Part shown: positions 12,113-22,462 of the stretch, one piece after another
How positions within the stretch are numbered: the first letter of the stretch is position 1
Layout of the letters: every line of letters begins with the position of its first letter
Source: Chiloscyllium plagiosum
Lineage: Eukaryota
Length of the DNA stretch: 41,656 nt
Direction of reading: 5' to 3'
Assembly (NCBI RefSeq): GCF_004010195.1
Contig: NC_057719.1
Coordinates: 53,954,541 to 53,996,196 of the forward strand
The notes under the pieces: generated by a model
What the model was told of the DNA's origin: nothing
Databases searched by the model: none
The model's input: only the letters and a program-made list of their open reading frames with translations
Position numbers and translations under genes: made by a program

Positions 12113-14039
12113 AACCAGAAACCCTCCAGTCCAAACCTCTGTAGAAATGGGCAACATCATGCTAGAATGTGATCATGAACAGTTAGACCAGGAGTTCTTC
12201 ATGTTGTCATCAGCCCGAATGAGAAAAGATAAATTTGTTTCGTGAGGACCTTAAAATTGTGCTTTTACATTTGATTTCCATGTCCTATTATACTTGAGCT
12301 TCAATGTATCATTTTTTTGGGGGGAAAAAAGCCAAATAGCAAGATCTGAGATTTCAGAGGTATTGAGCATGGTATATGTAGTTTACATTCTAATACATGC
12401 CAGCAAAGACATGTTATTGCTGATTTGGTGTTATCATCAGTTTAGCAAATAAAATCTTCATGATGGTAATATCATTGCCAATTTCATGCATGTACTGAAC
12501 TCAGAGTGGAAAGCACTCTGTATTTTTTTCTAAATAATCCCCATTAACGATCATTAAAAGCAAGCTGTTGTACTCAACAGTGCTATCAGGCAGATGTGAT
12601 TTGACTCTGCATTGATCAAAACAGCAGCAGAAATGTGGTTTAGGAATTCAGGAAACAGATGTACACTCTTTATTACTCTGCCAGTATAAGGGTTCAGTGA
12701 ATAGCTGAAAATATTGAGCAGAAAGGTCATAGGTTCCGTGACAAGTAAGCTGATCTCAACCAGGGGACTAAATGGCAGAACGTTCAGGGAAAACTGGTCA
12801 GAGTTCCCACTTCTGACAATTGTCCAACAACTTCAAACACAATCAATCATAGGAAAATGACAGGGCAGAAAAAGACTAGCGTACTCATGATGACTGGCAA
12901 TAGTAATGAGACCAGTCTTATTTTGCATCCCAATGCTCCCCTTTCTCCCTGCCACCAGAGAGGCACAAATATTATTTGGGTTTGGATATCTGGAGGGAAG
13001 ACTGGAAATTGGATCTTGGAGTTTTTGTCTTTGCTGTGCCACATGAACAAGAACTAATGATCATTTTTGTTAAATCAGCAGGACCACTTTTGGGTTGTTT
13101 TAGAAAATCTGGTAGCATGTTTTCAGATTTTAATTTGATGTTTTGATTTATATAGGCATAATGGTGCTGAGGTTATCCACACATTACAAAAGGCTTAAAA
13201 TGTCCTTCACAACTAAGTGGGGTTTTGGAGTAGTCATAATGGCTAGATAACAGACAGAATTGTGTTCAATTGACCATACGTGCAGTATAGCTACATTCGA
13301 TGAACAAATGTTATGAAGTGTGATCTTCATATATAGCGTAAGTAACAACAGCTGGTAACATTTAATACTGACATCTTAATAGAGAACACATGATTATAAG
13401 GTTCTTTCACTTGTGCTCAGTGAAAAGATATCTTGCTCGCGAGTTTGGAGAATATTTGTAGCTCAGGTTAAGGTTTTGGATTTAAGTTTGCTCACTGAGC
13501 TGGAAGGTTCGTTTACTTGCTTGAATAAAACTACAACTCGTTGTAAACATTCCTTATCAAAATAGTTGGAAACCTCTCCACTTCTTCCTTGAAAAAGAGG
13601 CCTCTACAGTCTCCATTCATCACCCTTCACTGCCTGCCTGAACTGGTTCTCACTTTGAATAACTTCTCCTTTAATCCATCTCATTTTCTTCAGGTCAACA
13701 GTGCAGCCATGGATACCCACATGGGTCCCACTATGCCTATCTCTTTGTAGGGGTATGTGGAACATTACTTGTTTCAGTCCTACTCAGGGTCCCACCCATA
13801 ACCTGCCACAGTACATCAATGAAGATGTCAGTGCTGCTGCCTGCTCTCAGCTGGAATTGAAAAATTTAATTGCTTCTAATTTCTATCCTTCTCTCACAAC
13901 CAGCTGGTCTATCTCTGACCATTCCTTTTCTTCCTTGACTTGACTTTTTCCATTTCTAAAGATAAGCTGGCCACCAATATCCATTACAAAGCCATTGATT
14001 TCCATAGTTATCTGGACTGCACCTCCTCACAACTTCAAG

Positions 14040-14361
14040 GGGCGGCACGGTGACACAGTGGTTAGCACTGCTGCCTCACAGTGCCAGAGACCCGGGTTCA
14101 ATTCCCGCCTCAGGTGCCTCTCTGTGTGGAGTTCGCACATTCTCCCCGTGTCTGCATGGGTTTCCTCCGGGTGCTCCGGTTTCCTCCCACAGTCCAAAAA
14201 TGTGCAGGTTAGGTGAATTGGCCATGCTAAATTGCCTGTAGTGTTAGGTGAAGGGGTAAATGTAGGGGAATGGGTCTGGGTGGGTTACGCTTCAGTGGGT
14301 CGGTGTAGACTTGTTGGGCCGAAGGGCCAGTTTCCACACTGTAAGTAATCTAATCTAATCT
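14040..14361 (+). mobile_element. HE1 (V-SINE) tRNA-derived SINE, full length
   Basis: Head gggcggcacggtgacacagtggttagc, B box ggttcaattcc, central V-domain tctgcatgggtttcctccgggtgctccggtttcctccc, CR1-like tail ending (taatc)n. Confidence 0.95.
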
Positions 14362-14523
14362 GACAACCTGTTTCCTGCAAGAATTCCAACCTATTCTCTC
14401 CTGTATCTTCTCTGATGATGCCACCTATCAGCAGACTGCATCCAACATAGTTTTCTTTTCCCTTAATTAAGGATTCCTCTCATTATAAAGTGAAGTCGCA
14501 GGTAGGTAGGATAGTGAAGAAGG

Positions 14524-14872
14524 TAGGTAAAAACAATGACTGCAGATGCTGGAAACCAGATTCTGGATTAGTGGTGCTGGAAGAGCACAGCGTTCAGGCA
14601 GCATCCGAGGAGCAGTAAAATCGACATTTCGGGGAAAAGCCCTTCATCAGGAATAAAGGCAGAGAGCCTGAAGGGTGGAGAGATAAGCTAGAGGAGGATG
14701 GGGGTGGGGAGAAAGTAGCATAGAGTACAATAGGTGAATGGGGGAGGGGATAAAGGTATTAGGTCAAGGAGGAGGGTGGAGTGAAAAGAAGATAGGCAGG
14801 TGGGACAATTCATGGGGAAAGTGCTGAGCTGGAAGTTTGAAACTAGGGTGAGGTGGGGGAAGAGGAAATGAG
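14524..14872 (-). mobile_element. Penelope 3'-end fragment inserted in CR1
   Basis: Interrupts the CR1 sequence gtgaagaagg|tgtttggtatg. The minus strand is pyrimidine-rich, then carries a hammerhead core and the ccagcatctgcagtc end shared with 32482-32598. Confidence 0.85.
14623..14650 (-). ncRNA. Minimal hammerhead-ribozyme-like core
   Basis: Minus RNA CUGAUGA-AGGGCUUUUCCCC-GAAA-UGUC; a GUC cleavage triplet follows the GAAA box as in PLE minimal hammerheads. Confidence 0.6.
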
Positions 14873-15198
14873 TGTTTGGTATGTTTTCCTGTATTAGTCA
14901 GAGTATTGAGTACAGGAGTTGGGAGGTCATTGTACAGGACATTGGTTAGGTCACTCTTGGAATATTGTGTGCAATTTTGGTCTGCTTCCTATCAGAAAGA
15001 TGTTGTGAATCTTGAAAGAGTTCAGAAAATATTTACAAGGGTGTTGCCAAGGTTGGAGGATTTGAGCTATAAGGAGAGGTTGAATAGGCTAGGGCTGTTT
15101 TCCTTGGAGCGTCGGAGGCTGAGGAGTGACCTTATAGAGATTTATAAAATCATGGGGGGCATGGATAGGAGAAATAGACAAAGTCTTTTCCCTGGGGT

Positions 15199-15638
15199 TG
15201 TTAAAGCTCGCTTGGCTTTCCTACTAATAATGAGAGAACAAGAAAAATATATTAAAATATTAAAGATCCTTTATAGATTGCTTCTCACCACATGACAGGG
15301 AGCCCAGTAATTCCGAGTGTATGCTTACACACTATGCAGTGCTGCAGGTGCTTTCCGGTGTGCTTACACAAACCAAGGCATTTTATACCTATTTTAAAAA
15401 AAGAGGTGTTCCCTGCAGTTTCGCGTGCAACTGCCCCCAATTCAGTTACTGCTGGGACATGTTGGGACCGGACTTTTGTCGCGTGCCCTCTTAATCTTGC
15501 TGTTCACAGTAGTTTCTTTGTTTTCTTAGTTTACACTTGGCCATGTCCAAGCTAACCACACCCTGCCCTGACACCATTTTGTTTAACATGTCAGTTTCAA
15601 GCAAGCTAAAATGTATCCTAAAATGTACCATTCTTACA
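15199..15638 (-). mobile_element. 440-bp solo LTR with 4-bp TSD
   Basis: TG...CA termini (tgttaa / cttaca) with GGGT duplicated at 15195-15198 and 15639-15642; removing it restores the CR1. Strand is inferred from a minus-strand TATAAAA near 15382-15388. Confidence 0.82.
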
Positions 15639-16524
15639 GGGTGGGGTGTCCAGAACGAGAGGGCATAGGTTTGGGGTGAGAGGGGAAAGATATAAAAGAG
15701 ACATAAGGGTTATCTTTTTCACGCAGAGGGTCGTACGTGTATGGAATGAGCTGTCAGAGGAAGTGGTGGAGGCTGGTACAATTGCAACATTTAAGAGGAA
15801 TTTGGACGGGTATATGAATAGGAAGGGTTTGGAGGGATATGGGCCGGGTACTGGCAGGTGGGACTAGATTGGGTTGGGATAGCTGGTCAGCATGGACAGA
15901 TTGGACCGAAGGGTCTGTTTCCATGCTGTACATCTCCATGACTATGACTCTATTTTTGACAGGGTCTTCAGCCATTTCCAACTCCTCTCCTGCACTTCCG
16001 CCCTCATCCCTGCCCCTCCTTCACAAAACAATGATAGAGTTCCATTTATCCTTACCTAGCACCCCAATTTTGTTCTGAAATTGAAGCATTATCCTGCACC
16101 ATTTTTGCCACCTTGAGCTGGATGCCTTTACCAAGTATACCTTCCTCGCCTCTTCACTGTCAGCATTCCCTCTGCGACACTCAGGCCCATCCTGACATAG
16201 CTCCTGAAATTCCTTACTTCCCCCGTGCCATCTTCCCATACATTCACAGAAGATGTAGCACTTACCATTCACCTCCTCCCTTCTCGCTATCCAAAGCACA
16301 TGTTCCAGGTGAAGCAATCTAGTCCACTGTATTCACTGCTCACAATATGGTCTCCTTTACCTTAGCAAGACCAAATGCAGGCTAGGTGATTGCTTTGAGG
16401 AGTACATTTGCTCTATGCATAAGAATTAACCTCAACTTCCAGTTGCTTGCCATTATAATAAAGCATGTTGTTCTTCTGTTGGTATCTCTGTATTGGGCCA
16501 GTTGCAAAGTCAATGCCATTACCT

Positions 16525-17077
16525 TTCACTTGGTACCAGTAACATTGGTTGGCAGAGGGATGAAGTCCGGAAAGCAGAATTCTAAGTGTTAGAAAGAAAA
16601 TTAAAAAGTAGGGCCTCAGGAGCAATAATCTTTGAATTAATCCCAGCACCAGATTCTATTGAGCATAAGAATATGGAATAATGGTGTAAAAGGGAATGCA
16701 TCAGGATTCTGAGATATTGGGATCAGCTCTAGGGCAGTGGGGCTCTGTACAAACTGGACGGATACATCATAACAAGACTGGGACTAGAAAGATTTGCTGG
16801 TGCTGTTGCAGTTGGTTTAAACTAGATTATCAGGGGAATAGGAACTTGAGGGGCAACCTGAATAGGAAGGAAGTTAAGCTAGTAACAAGGAGAAAAGCTG
16901 CAAGGGAAATTAGATGACAGGAGAAAGAAAGCTGAGCCTTGGGTATGCCGCAATTGCAAAATGATGTTAAAAAGACAAACTCAAGAACAGTCTATCCAAC
17001 TGCATGCAGCATTTGTTACAGGATAACTGATCTAAAAACACTAATGTAGGAAAATTGATGCAACATACTTGTCATTA
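16525..17077 (+). mobile_element. Decayed CR1 ORF1 (SGNH esterase) end plus start of the ORF2 endonuclease
   Basis: Colinear with the ORF1 at 41069-41561 (GTSNIG, LYKLDG, ggtttaaactag stop), followed by a degenerate LYLNARSI-like APE start near 16990. Confidence 0.72.
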
Positions 17078-17271
17078 TGTTGTGATTGGAACATAGTCAG
17101 CCAGCTATACCTCCTAGAATGTGGGTTCCCTGATGGGGCTCTTATGAGTGTGAGGGGTTCTGTTCACTCCAGGAACTGCCTCTCAGCTAAATGGGCCATT
17201 GTCATGTACAATGCACATATAATTAAAGGGTGACTTGGTGATGGGATACTGGCCTTCATGGAATTATTTCA
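17078..17271 (+). mobile_element. Short solo LTR (Gypsy-type)
   Basis: TGTTG...TTTCA termini, ATTAAA near 17222, flanked by catta / cattt (4 of 5 matching TSD). Confidence 0.65.
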
Positions 17272-17307
17272 CATTTCTGTATAGCAATCAGGATGAAGAA
17301 CTGAATA

Positions 17308-17483
17308 CAGTGCAACCTCAATTATCCAGCATTCAATTATCCAAATTTTGGATTATCCAGACAAGATTGCAAGGTCCCGATGCTTGGCTAAACTGTGTTG
17401 TCCAGCGTTCGATTGTCCGAATATTCCATTATCTGAACAAAACACTCCCCGCCCGTGTCATTCGGATAATCAAGATTCCTCTG
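17308..17483. mobile_element. Tc1/pogo (Tigger-type) MITE
   Basis: TA on both sides; TIRs cagtgcaacctcaattatcc vs reverse-complemented right end cagaggaatcttgattatcc (15/20 match); internal attatcc subrepeats. Confidence 0.85.
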
Positions 17484-17974
17484 TATCAGTAGGGAGGATA
17501 TCTGATTGGAAGAACAACATATAGAATCTGTTTAAGTAGAACTAAGAATAAATAATACCTTATGTGACTCAGTGTCAAATTTTGCTTTATAATGCTTTTG
17601 TGAAGCACACTTATTTTCATACAGAAGACATTATCTGCTTTGAGCCTCCTGTATTTTTGCGCATAGAAGAAAATATGCATGCTGGTTTATCAGTCATACC
17701 TATGGAGGTCTATCTTGTTTCTCCCTTCTAATATAATGGAAGATTCCTCACAAATATTTGAGCCTTCCTGCCCAAAATAGTTCTCAGCATTTGCTTCATT
17801 AATCTACACCGGCCAGGCACACAAGCAGGAAATGTTCCCTTTTGGATTTGATGGATTATGGAGGAAGGGAAATAAATATTTAGCCTGACACACAACACAA
17901 GACCTCTTGCTGCCAAAACATTAATTGCATCAATTTGTCGTGGATGGACAGTGGAATGGGTGTTAACCATTTTC

Positions 17975-18230
17975 CTTTATTCTTTCATAGGAATTTGGAG
18001 TTGTTGCTTGGATCACCTGTTGTTGCCCATCTTTAATTGCCCTTGAGAAGATGATTGTGATCCCCCCTACCTTGAATCACTCTAGTCCATCTGGTATAGG
18101 TATACACACCAGATAGAAAGCAATGCTTAAAAAGGTGGCTCATCACCATCTTCTCAATATAATAATGCATAGGCAATGAACGTTGGTCAAGCCAGTGATG
18201 TCCCAAACCAATTAAATAATAACAAAAACA
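17975..18230. mobile_element. Two L2-type 3' tails in opposite orientation (~17975-18110 minus, ~18120-18230 plus)
   Basis: ttgcccatctttaattgcccttgagaag vs cttctcaatataataatgcataggcaa; same tail type as the SINE at 5996-6356. Confidence 0.55.
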
Positions 18231-18349
18231 TCCTGAAGCAATCGAGATCCTATCAGTGAGGATACCAGTTAAATATACAAGTTCAACATATAACATTTGT
18301 ATGTACAACCATCCAAGGTCCAGAATGTCAGGACAGTATGATGATTTAG

Positions 18350-18485
18350 TTTGATTTGATTTGATGTATTATTGTCAAGTCTACCAAGATACAGCAAAAA
18401 GTACTGTTTTGTGTGTTAACCAAACAGAACATCACTTCCATAAGTAGATCAAGGTATTAGAACAGAATGTACAATGTAGTGTAAA
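18350..18485 (-). mobile_element. Short LINE 3'-tail fragment (Rex1/Babar-like)
   Basis: (tttga)n microsatellite then tattgtcaagtctaccaagatacagcaaaaag; a related fragment tattgtcacatgtac..atacagtgaaa lies near 22665-22740. Confidence 0.45.
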
Positions 18486-20059
18486 GAATGAAAAGTCAAT
18501 GACATAGCAGATGCTGATGAAAATCTCAACCACAATATTTTTAAATTTTTTTATCTCTTTAGAGAGTTCTGGGGTTTCTGGAATCAGTTAGATTAGACAA
18601 AGCAACAGTAGTTGTAGAGCTGTGCCCTGGTCCGCAACTAAACTAATGCCTGGTCTCAGCTTGTGCCAAATCCATTAGTGCTGTAGGGGACAGACAGTAC
18701 TGGGTACAATTCCTAGGCTACCTGCAAACCACCATAGATATCTTTCCTATCCATTCTCCACCCTCTCTCAACAATGCTGGAATTCACTGGTCTTTACTCC
18801 ATACGATGAATTCCCAGTGAAACTTGGCTACTACTTTGTATGCACATGCAAAGGAAATATTTAAGACCGCAAATGAAAATTTGGCCATATTGATTTTTCT
18901 TGCCCTGAAGAGTAAAACACTATGGAATGTATTAATTGCAAATTTAAGGCATCCATTGGATTATGGAAGGACACTGCTGCAGAAAGGTGACCTTTTCTAC
19001 TATCTTGAAGCAAAGTTCTAAAAGCACTGCTTTCCCTGCAAGGCTACTTCTATCAGTCAGTGCATCATAAAAACATCTTAGAGTACAAATGCTGATGGAT
19101 TTTTTTATTTCATTAGGTCTTTGAACTAATGAAAGCTTCCTAAATTTCAAGGTTATTAAATGTAAAAACTTATCATCAAAGATAATTATTACCTTATAAA
19201 TGAGAGAATTAAATACGCTTTACAAAGGCAAATACTTCAAATGCTTCATTCGTTTAGCAACTCAATTCTTAATTTACAAGTTGTATTACTTCTGAACTGC
19301 AGACAACACATCCTGCCTCATACTTTAATATTTGAAATGTTAATTAATATTTACAATGCAGTCAGTGATATTGAAATTGGTTTTGGCAGAGTTAATGTCA
19401 GGCTTGCTGAATGTGTGGGATTGAAATGTCGTACAAAGCAATTTCAAACTTCGAAATATTCAGAAATAAATCAGATTCATTTTGTGCTTACATTTAATTT
19501 GAAGCCCTAGAACAAATCACAATTAAAAATAGCACAATTCATAGATATTTTCATAGATATTCATTAGCTTAATCAGCAGCTAACAACTTTATTGGTACCT
19601 AATATAATCTGGAGTCTCTTTCCCATAATGTCTCAGCATTCAATGTTCTGTAGGGGTTGTGAAAAATCAGAGATCAAGTAGAATATTTGAGCATATTAAT
19701 ATTTATACGTGTAATCAAAGAAAAACATTCTATTCTTGAGATTTTTTTTATTCTGCAGGACTTGAGTTAAAATAGCATCTGTCATAGCCAAATCAGAGCC
19801 AATTGGTTTCCGGCACATGACAAGTTGAGGGTACTTATTCATGCAAAGAAAAGATTAATTCATTAAAAGCAGAGGAGATCAGAAATGCTTTATCATGTAA
19901 CATTTCTGAAAATACTAAGGGTAAAGTCCAGATTAAGTTCTACTTCATCTGAGGATGTCGTAAGTACTATGGGTGGGGAAAAGGCAGGACATCTGGAAAT
20001 CATGTAGGCTGGAGGCCCAAGTCTCCCATTGATTTTAAACAGAGTATTGAAATATTTCT

Positions 20060-21720
20060 CTTGAACTCATGGTGTTTCATCATTTGACATCAAATTCAAA
20101 TCCACTTTTATTCTTTGTTCATAAGGCTGTGTTAGTACCTGAACAACTATATTTAAAGACTTATCAATGAGTCCAAGTGGGAGTATACTGATAATTCTTT
20201 TTCTCTTCTCACAAACTTTGCTGGTTTCTGCCAATGAATTTTCCTTTTAGATTATAGGGTTGAAAAATATTTCTACCAACTCTGTTTAGTCACAGATTTC
20301 CATTCAATTGACATTATTAAAAAATGTTCTCATGCCAACATGGAACAGAAATCATTTCAATGGATTCTGCTATTTTTTTGGCTTGCAGCTTGAAGACAGG
20401 AAAGCCAATGAAATCCTCTTCTGCTTGCTGTGTAGCTGGTTGTTCAACAATTGTTTCTCCTTGGACCAGTTGTTCTCTGACTGGTTTATATTTGGATAGA
20501 CTTGGTATAGGTTGCTCTGCATTGATATGTTCACTTTTCATTTTAGCTAGTGGAACTCCTGCCATTGCAAGAACATTGAAGTCAGGACGTGCAGACATGT
20601 TCAAAAGTGAAATTTCTGGATTATGATTTATGCATACATGCTCTATCATCGTTCACCTTTAATGGCATAATGCTGCTTGCAATGTGTCTTCAATCTTGAC
20701 AGTTGTTCCATATAACTTAATCTGTGTGAACTGTAACTTCTGTTTCTTCACTTAGGCTAAATGGTCTGATAAGACAGTGACACTAAGTCCTGTATAACCC
20801 TTGTAATCAACGATGATGACTGGTGACATAAATATGATATTTCAAACTTGAGCTTGTTCTGTCACCAATTTCTCCCAGGAATGTACTGGACAATTTTTTC
20901 AATGTCACCAACTCTATTGTATTAACATTTTTTAAGTGAGTAGCCATTTAATGTTTTGCTCTTCTGTGAATGTGTCCTACGATGGTTCATCTTCTGGAAA
21001 TTACCAGTTTTACAGATATAACATTCTTTGTTTTCATAGCTGGACTCATTTTGCATTTGAGGCTGCCTTGTTCCATAGAAATGACACTCACTCTTAGTGT
21101 CTGCTGTCTAAAGTGCTCTTGGCGTTGGCTTGCCATGTGTATCTTCAGGATTTTTATACCTTGTAAACTGATTGAATTCTGTTGGTCTCCTGTGGTAAGC
21201 TTGTCCTTCTCCACTCAGAATTTGTTTGTGTTCCTACCTGCTTTCTGCTTCCAATATAGTCTAAGTAAATTTTCCCAAAATCAAATTTTCTTTGAACTGT
21301 GATAAGTATGACAAGGACTCCTCAGTAATTCAAATAATAATTCTATCCCTTATAAATTCTGGTTCCATTTCCACAAACCTGTAAATATCATTAATAAGAC
21401 AATCATCTGATTCTCCTGGATGCTGAACTCTTGCTCTTTCAAGCATGTTATTTGTTGTCAGATTAAAGTAATTGCCAAAAGTTTGTAGAAATTCACCAAA
21501 AGTACCAATGCTTTATTTTATGTTTTGACAAGCTAGAGCATCAATGGTAAGTTCTGTTAAATACATTAATGTAGTTAATTTGTTCAGCTTGTGATTTAGT
21601 GCCTAACTCAGATGGAAATCTATGTCTTAGGTGTTGTTTTCTCCAAGATGCCCATTCTTCTATTTGATCTATTTCGAATATTAAGTCCTCCAAGCAATAT
21701 TGTTTATCCTGCTAGTTCTT
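20060..21720 (-). pseudogene. Gypsy LTR-retrotransposon relic A: gag, zinc knuckle, protease, pre-RT linker
   Basis: Minus translation: EEWASWRKQHLRHRF.SELGTKSQAEQI, TLMY, FGNYFNLTTNNMLERARVQHPGESDDCLINDIYRF, EFIRDRIII, knuckle ECYICKTGNFQKM (~20988-21026), and protease-site relic KGYTGLSVTVLS (~20773-20800). Confidence 0.8.
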
Positions 21721-22163
21721 CTTAATATGAGTATTTATTTTTCTTACTTTAAAGCCTTTTAATTTTACAGTATATCAATACCACTGTATTTTCATCCTCT
21801 GGGAGAGTTGGACATATTCAATATAGCAATGTTGTTTCATTTTCCTTGTTTTAAAAGCACTACAGCAGAGCAATGGTCCTTGTATTTTATGTTCAAATTG
21901 AGTATTTCCCACCTTCCTCAGACGAAATGGAAGTTTCCTGACTTTGTAAACACAATGGACAATTTCCTGCCTTTTTTTTTCCATCTCATGACATACCAGT
22001 GATAGTACTAAACCTGTAGCAATCCTTAGGTAGCATTTCTAGGAATGTGAACATGCTGCCTTTCCCAGGTAAAATCTGCAAATTTGGCTATATTATTTTC
22101 TATTCCTGAATTCAAGACATTAATATAGATTGTAAACAGTGTTAATGCTACCCCTCAATCTAC

Positions 22164-22187
22164 CTCTCTCTCTCTCTCTCTCTCTCT
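22164..22187. repeat. (CT)n microsatellite
   Basis: About 12 CT units seen directly. Confidence 0.9.
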
Positions 22188-22253
22188 GTAAAGCCTTCTA
22201 AGCATGTTTTTATTAACATTACCTCCTTTATACATGGTGTCTACAGAATTAGA

Positions 22254-22327
22254 TTAAAGGTAAAAGCATGCTACTGAACCTTATAATACATTTACTACAA
22301 AGTTCAGTAGCATGCTTTTACCTTTAA
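22254..22327. repeat. 74-bp near-perfect palindrome; probable TTAA-targeting (Kolobok/T2-like) micro-MITE
   Basis: Perfect 26-bp arms at 22254-22279 and 22302-22327; TTAA at both ends around an AGG...CCT core. Confidence 0.85.
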
Positions 22328-22370
22328 GATAGAAATATCCATCGAAACTTTACGGTTACAGTTTAAAAAT

Positions 22371-22462
22371 CTAGATTGGGTTGGAATATCTGGTCGGCAT
22401 GGACGAGTTGGACCGAAGGGTCTGTTTCCATGCTGTACACCTCGATGACTCTAAGACTCTAA
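22371..22462 (+). mobile_element. CR1 3' UTR stub
   Basis: Matches the tail at 15864-15953 (ttggaccgaagggtctgtttccatgctgtac) and ends in gactcta repeats. Confidence 0.9.

Larger units (their letters stand above)
14485..15953 (+). mobile_element. 5'-truncated CR1 LINE split by two insertions (pieces ~14485-14523, 14873-15198, 15639-15953)
   Basis: ORF 14876-15295 (LYRTLVRSLLEYCVQFWS..LERVQKIFTR..LFSLERRRLRSDLIEIYKI) and ORF 15646-15867 (RTRGHRF..FFTQRVVRVWNEL) are consecutive CR1 ORF2 C-terminal segments; atgactct tail. Confidence 0.93.
13540..16525 (+). mobile_element. Decayed Penelope-like element (RT + GIY-YIG) in three pieces: ~13540-14035, 14362-14484, ~15955-16525
   Basis: RT motifs ELVLTLNNFSFNPSHFLQV..AMDTHMGP and YAYLFVGYVEHYLFQSY; GIY-YIG region NLVHCIHCSQYGLLYLSKTKCRLGDCFEEYICSMHKN*PQLPVACHYN. 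Confidence 0.88.

Noticed and set aside
14040..14112. tRNA gene-like heads (also ~35023, ~30981 and ~38388)
   Set aside because: The A/B boxes continue into SINE bodies; these are not tRNA genes.
17626..17730. Acceptor-like site followed by a 34-codon open frame
   Set aside because: No good donor, no recognisable peptide, and a length expected by chance.
19741..19800. Strong acceptor-like tttttttattctgcag
   Set aside because: All three frames stop within about 17 nt.
20324..21302. Plus-strand Cys-rich or hydrophobic ORFs (20324-20626, 20970-21302)
   Set aside because: Antisense shadows of the Gypsy relic.
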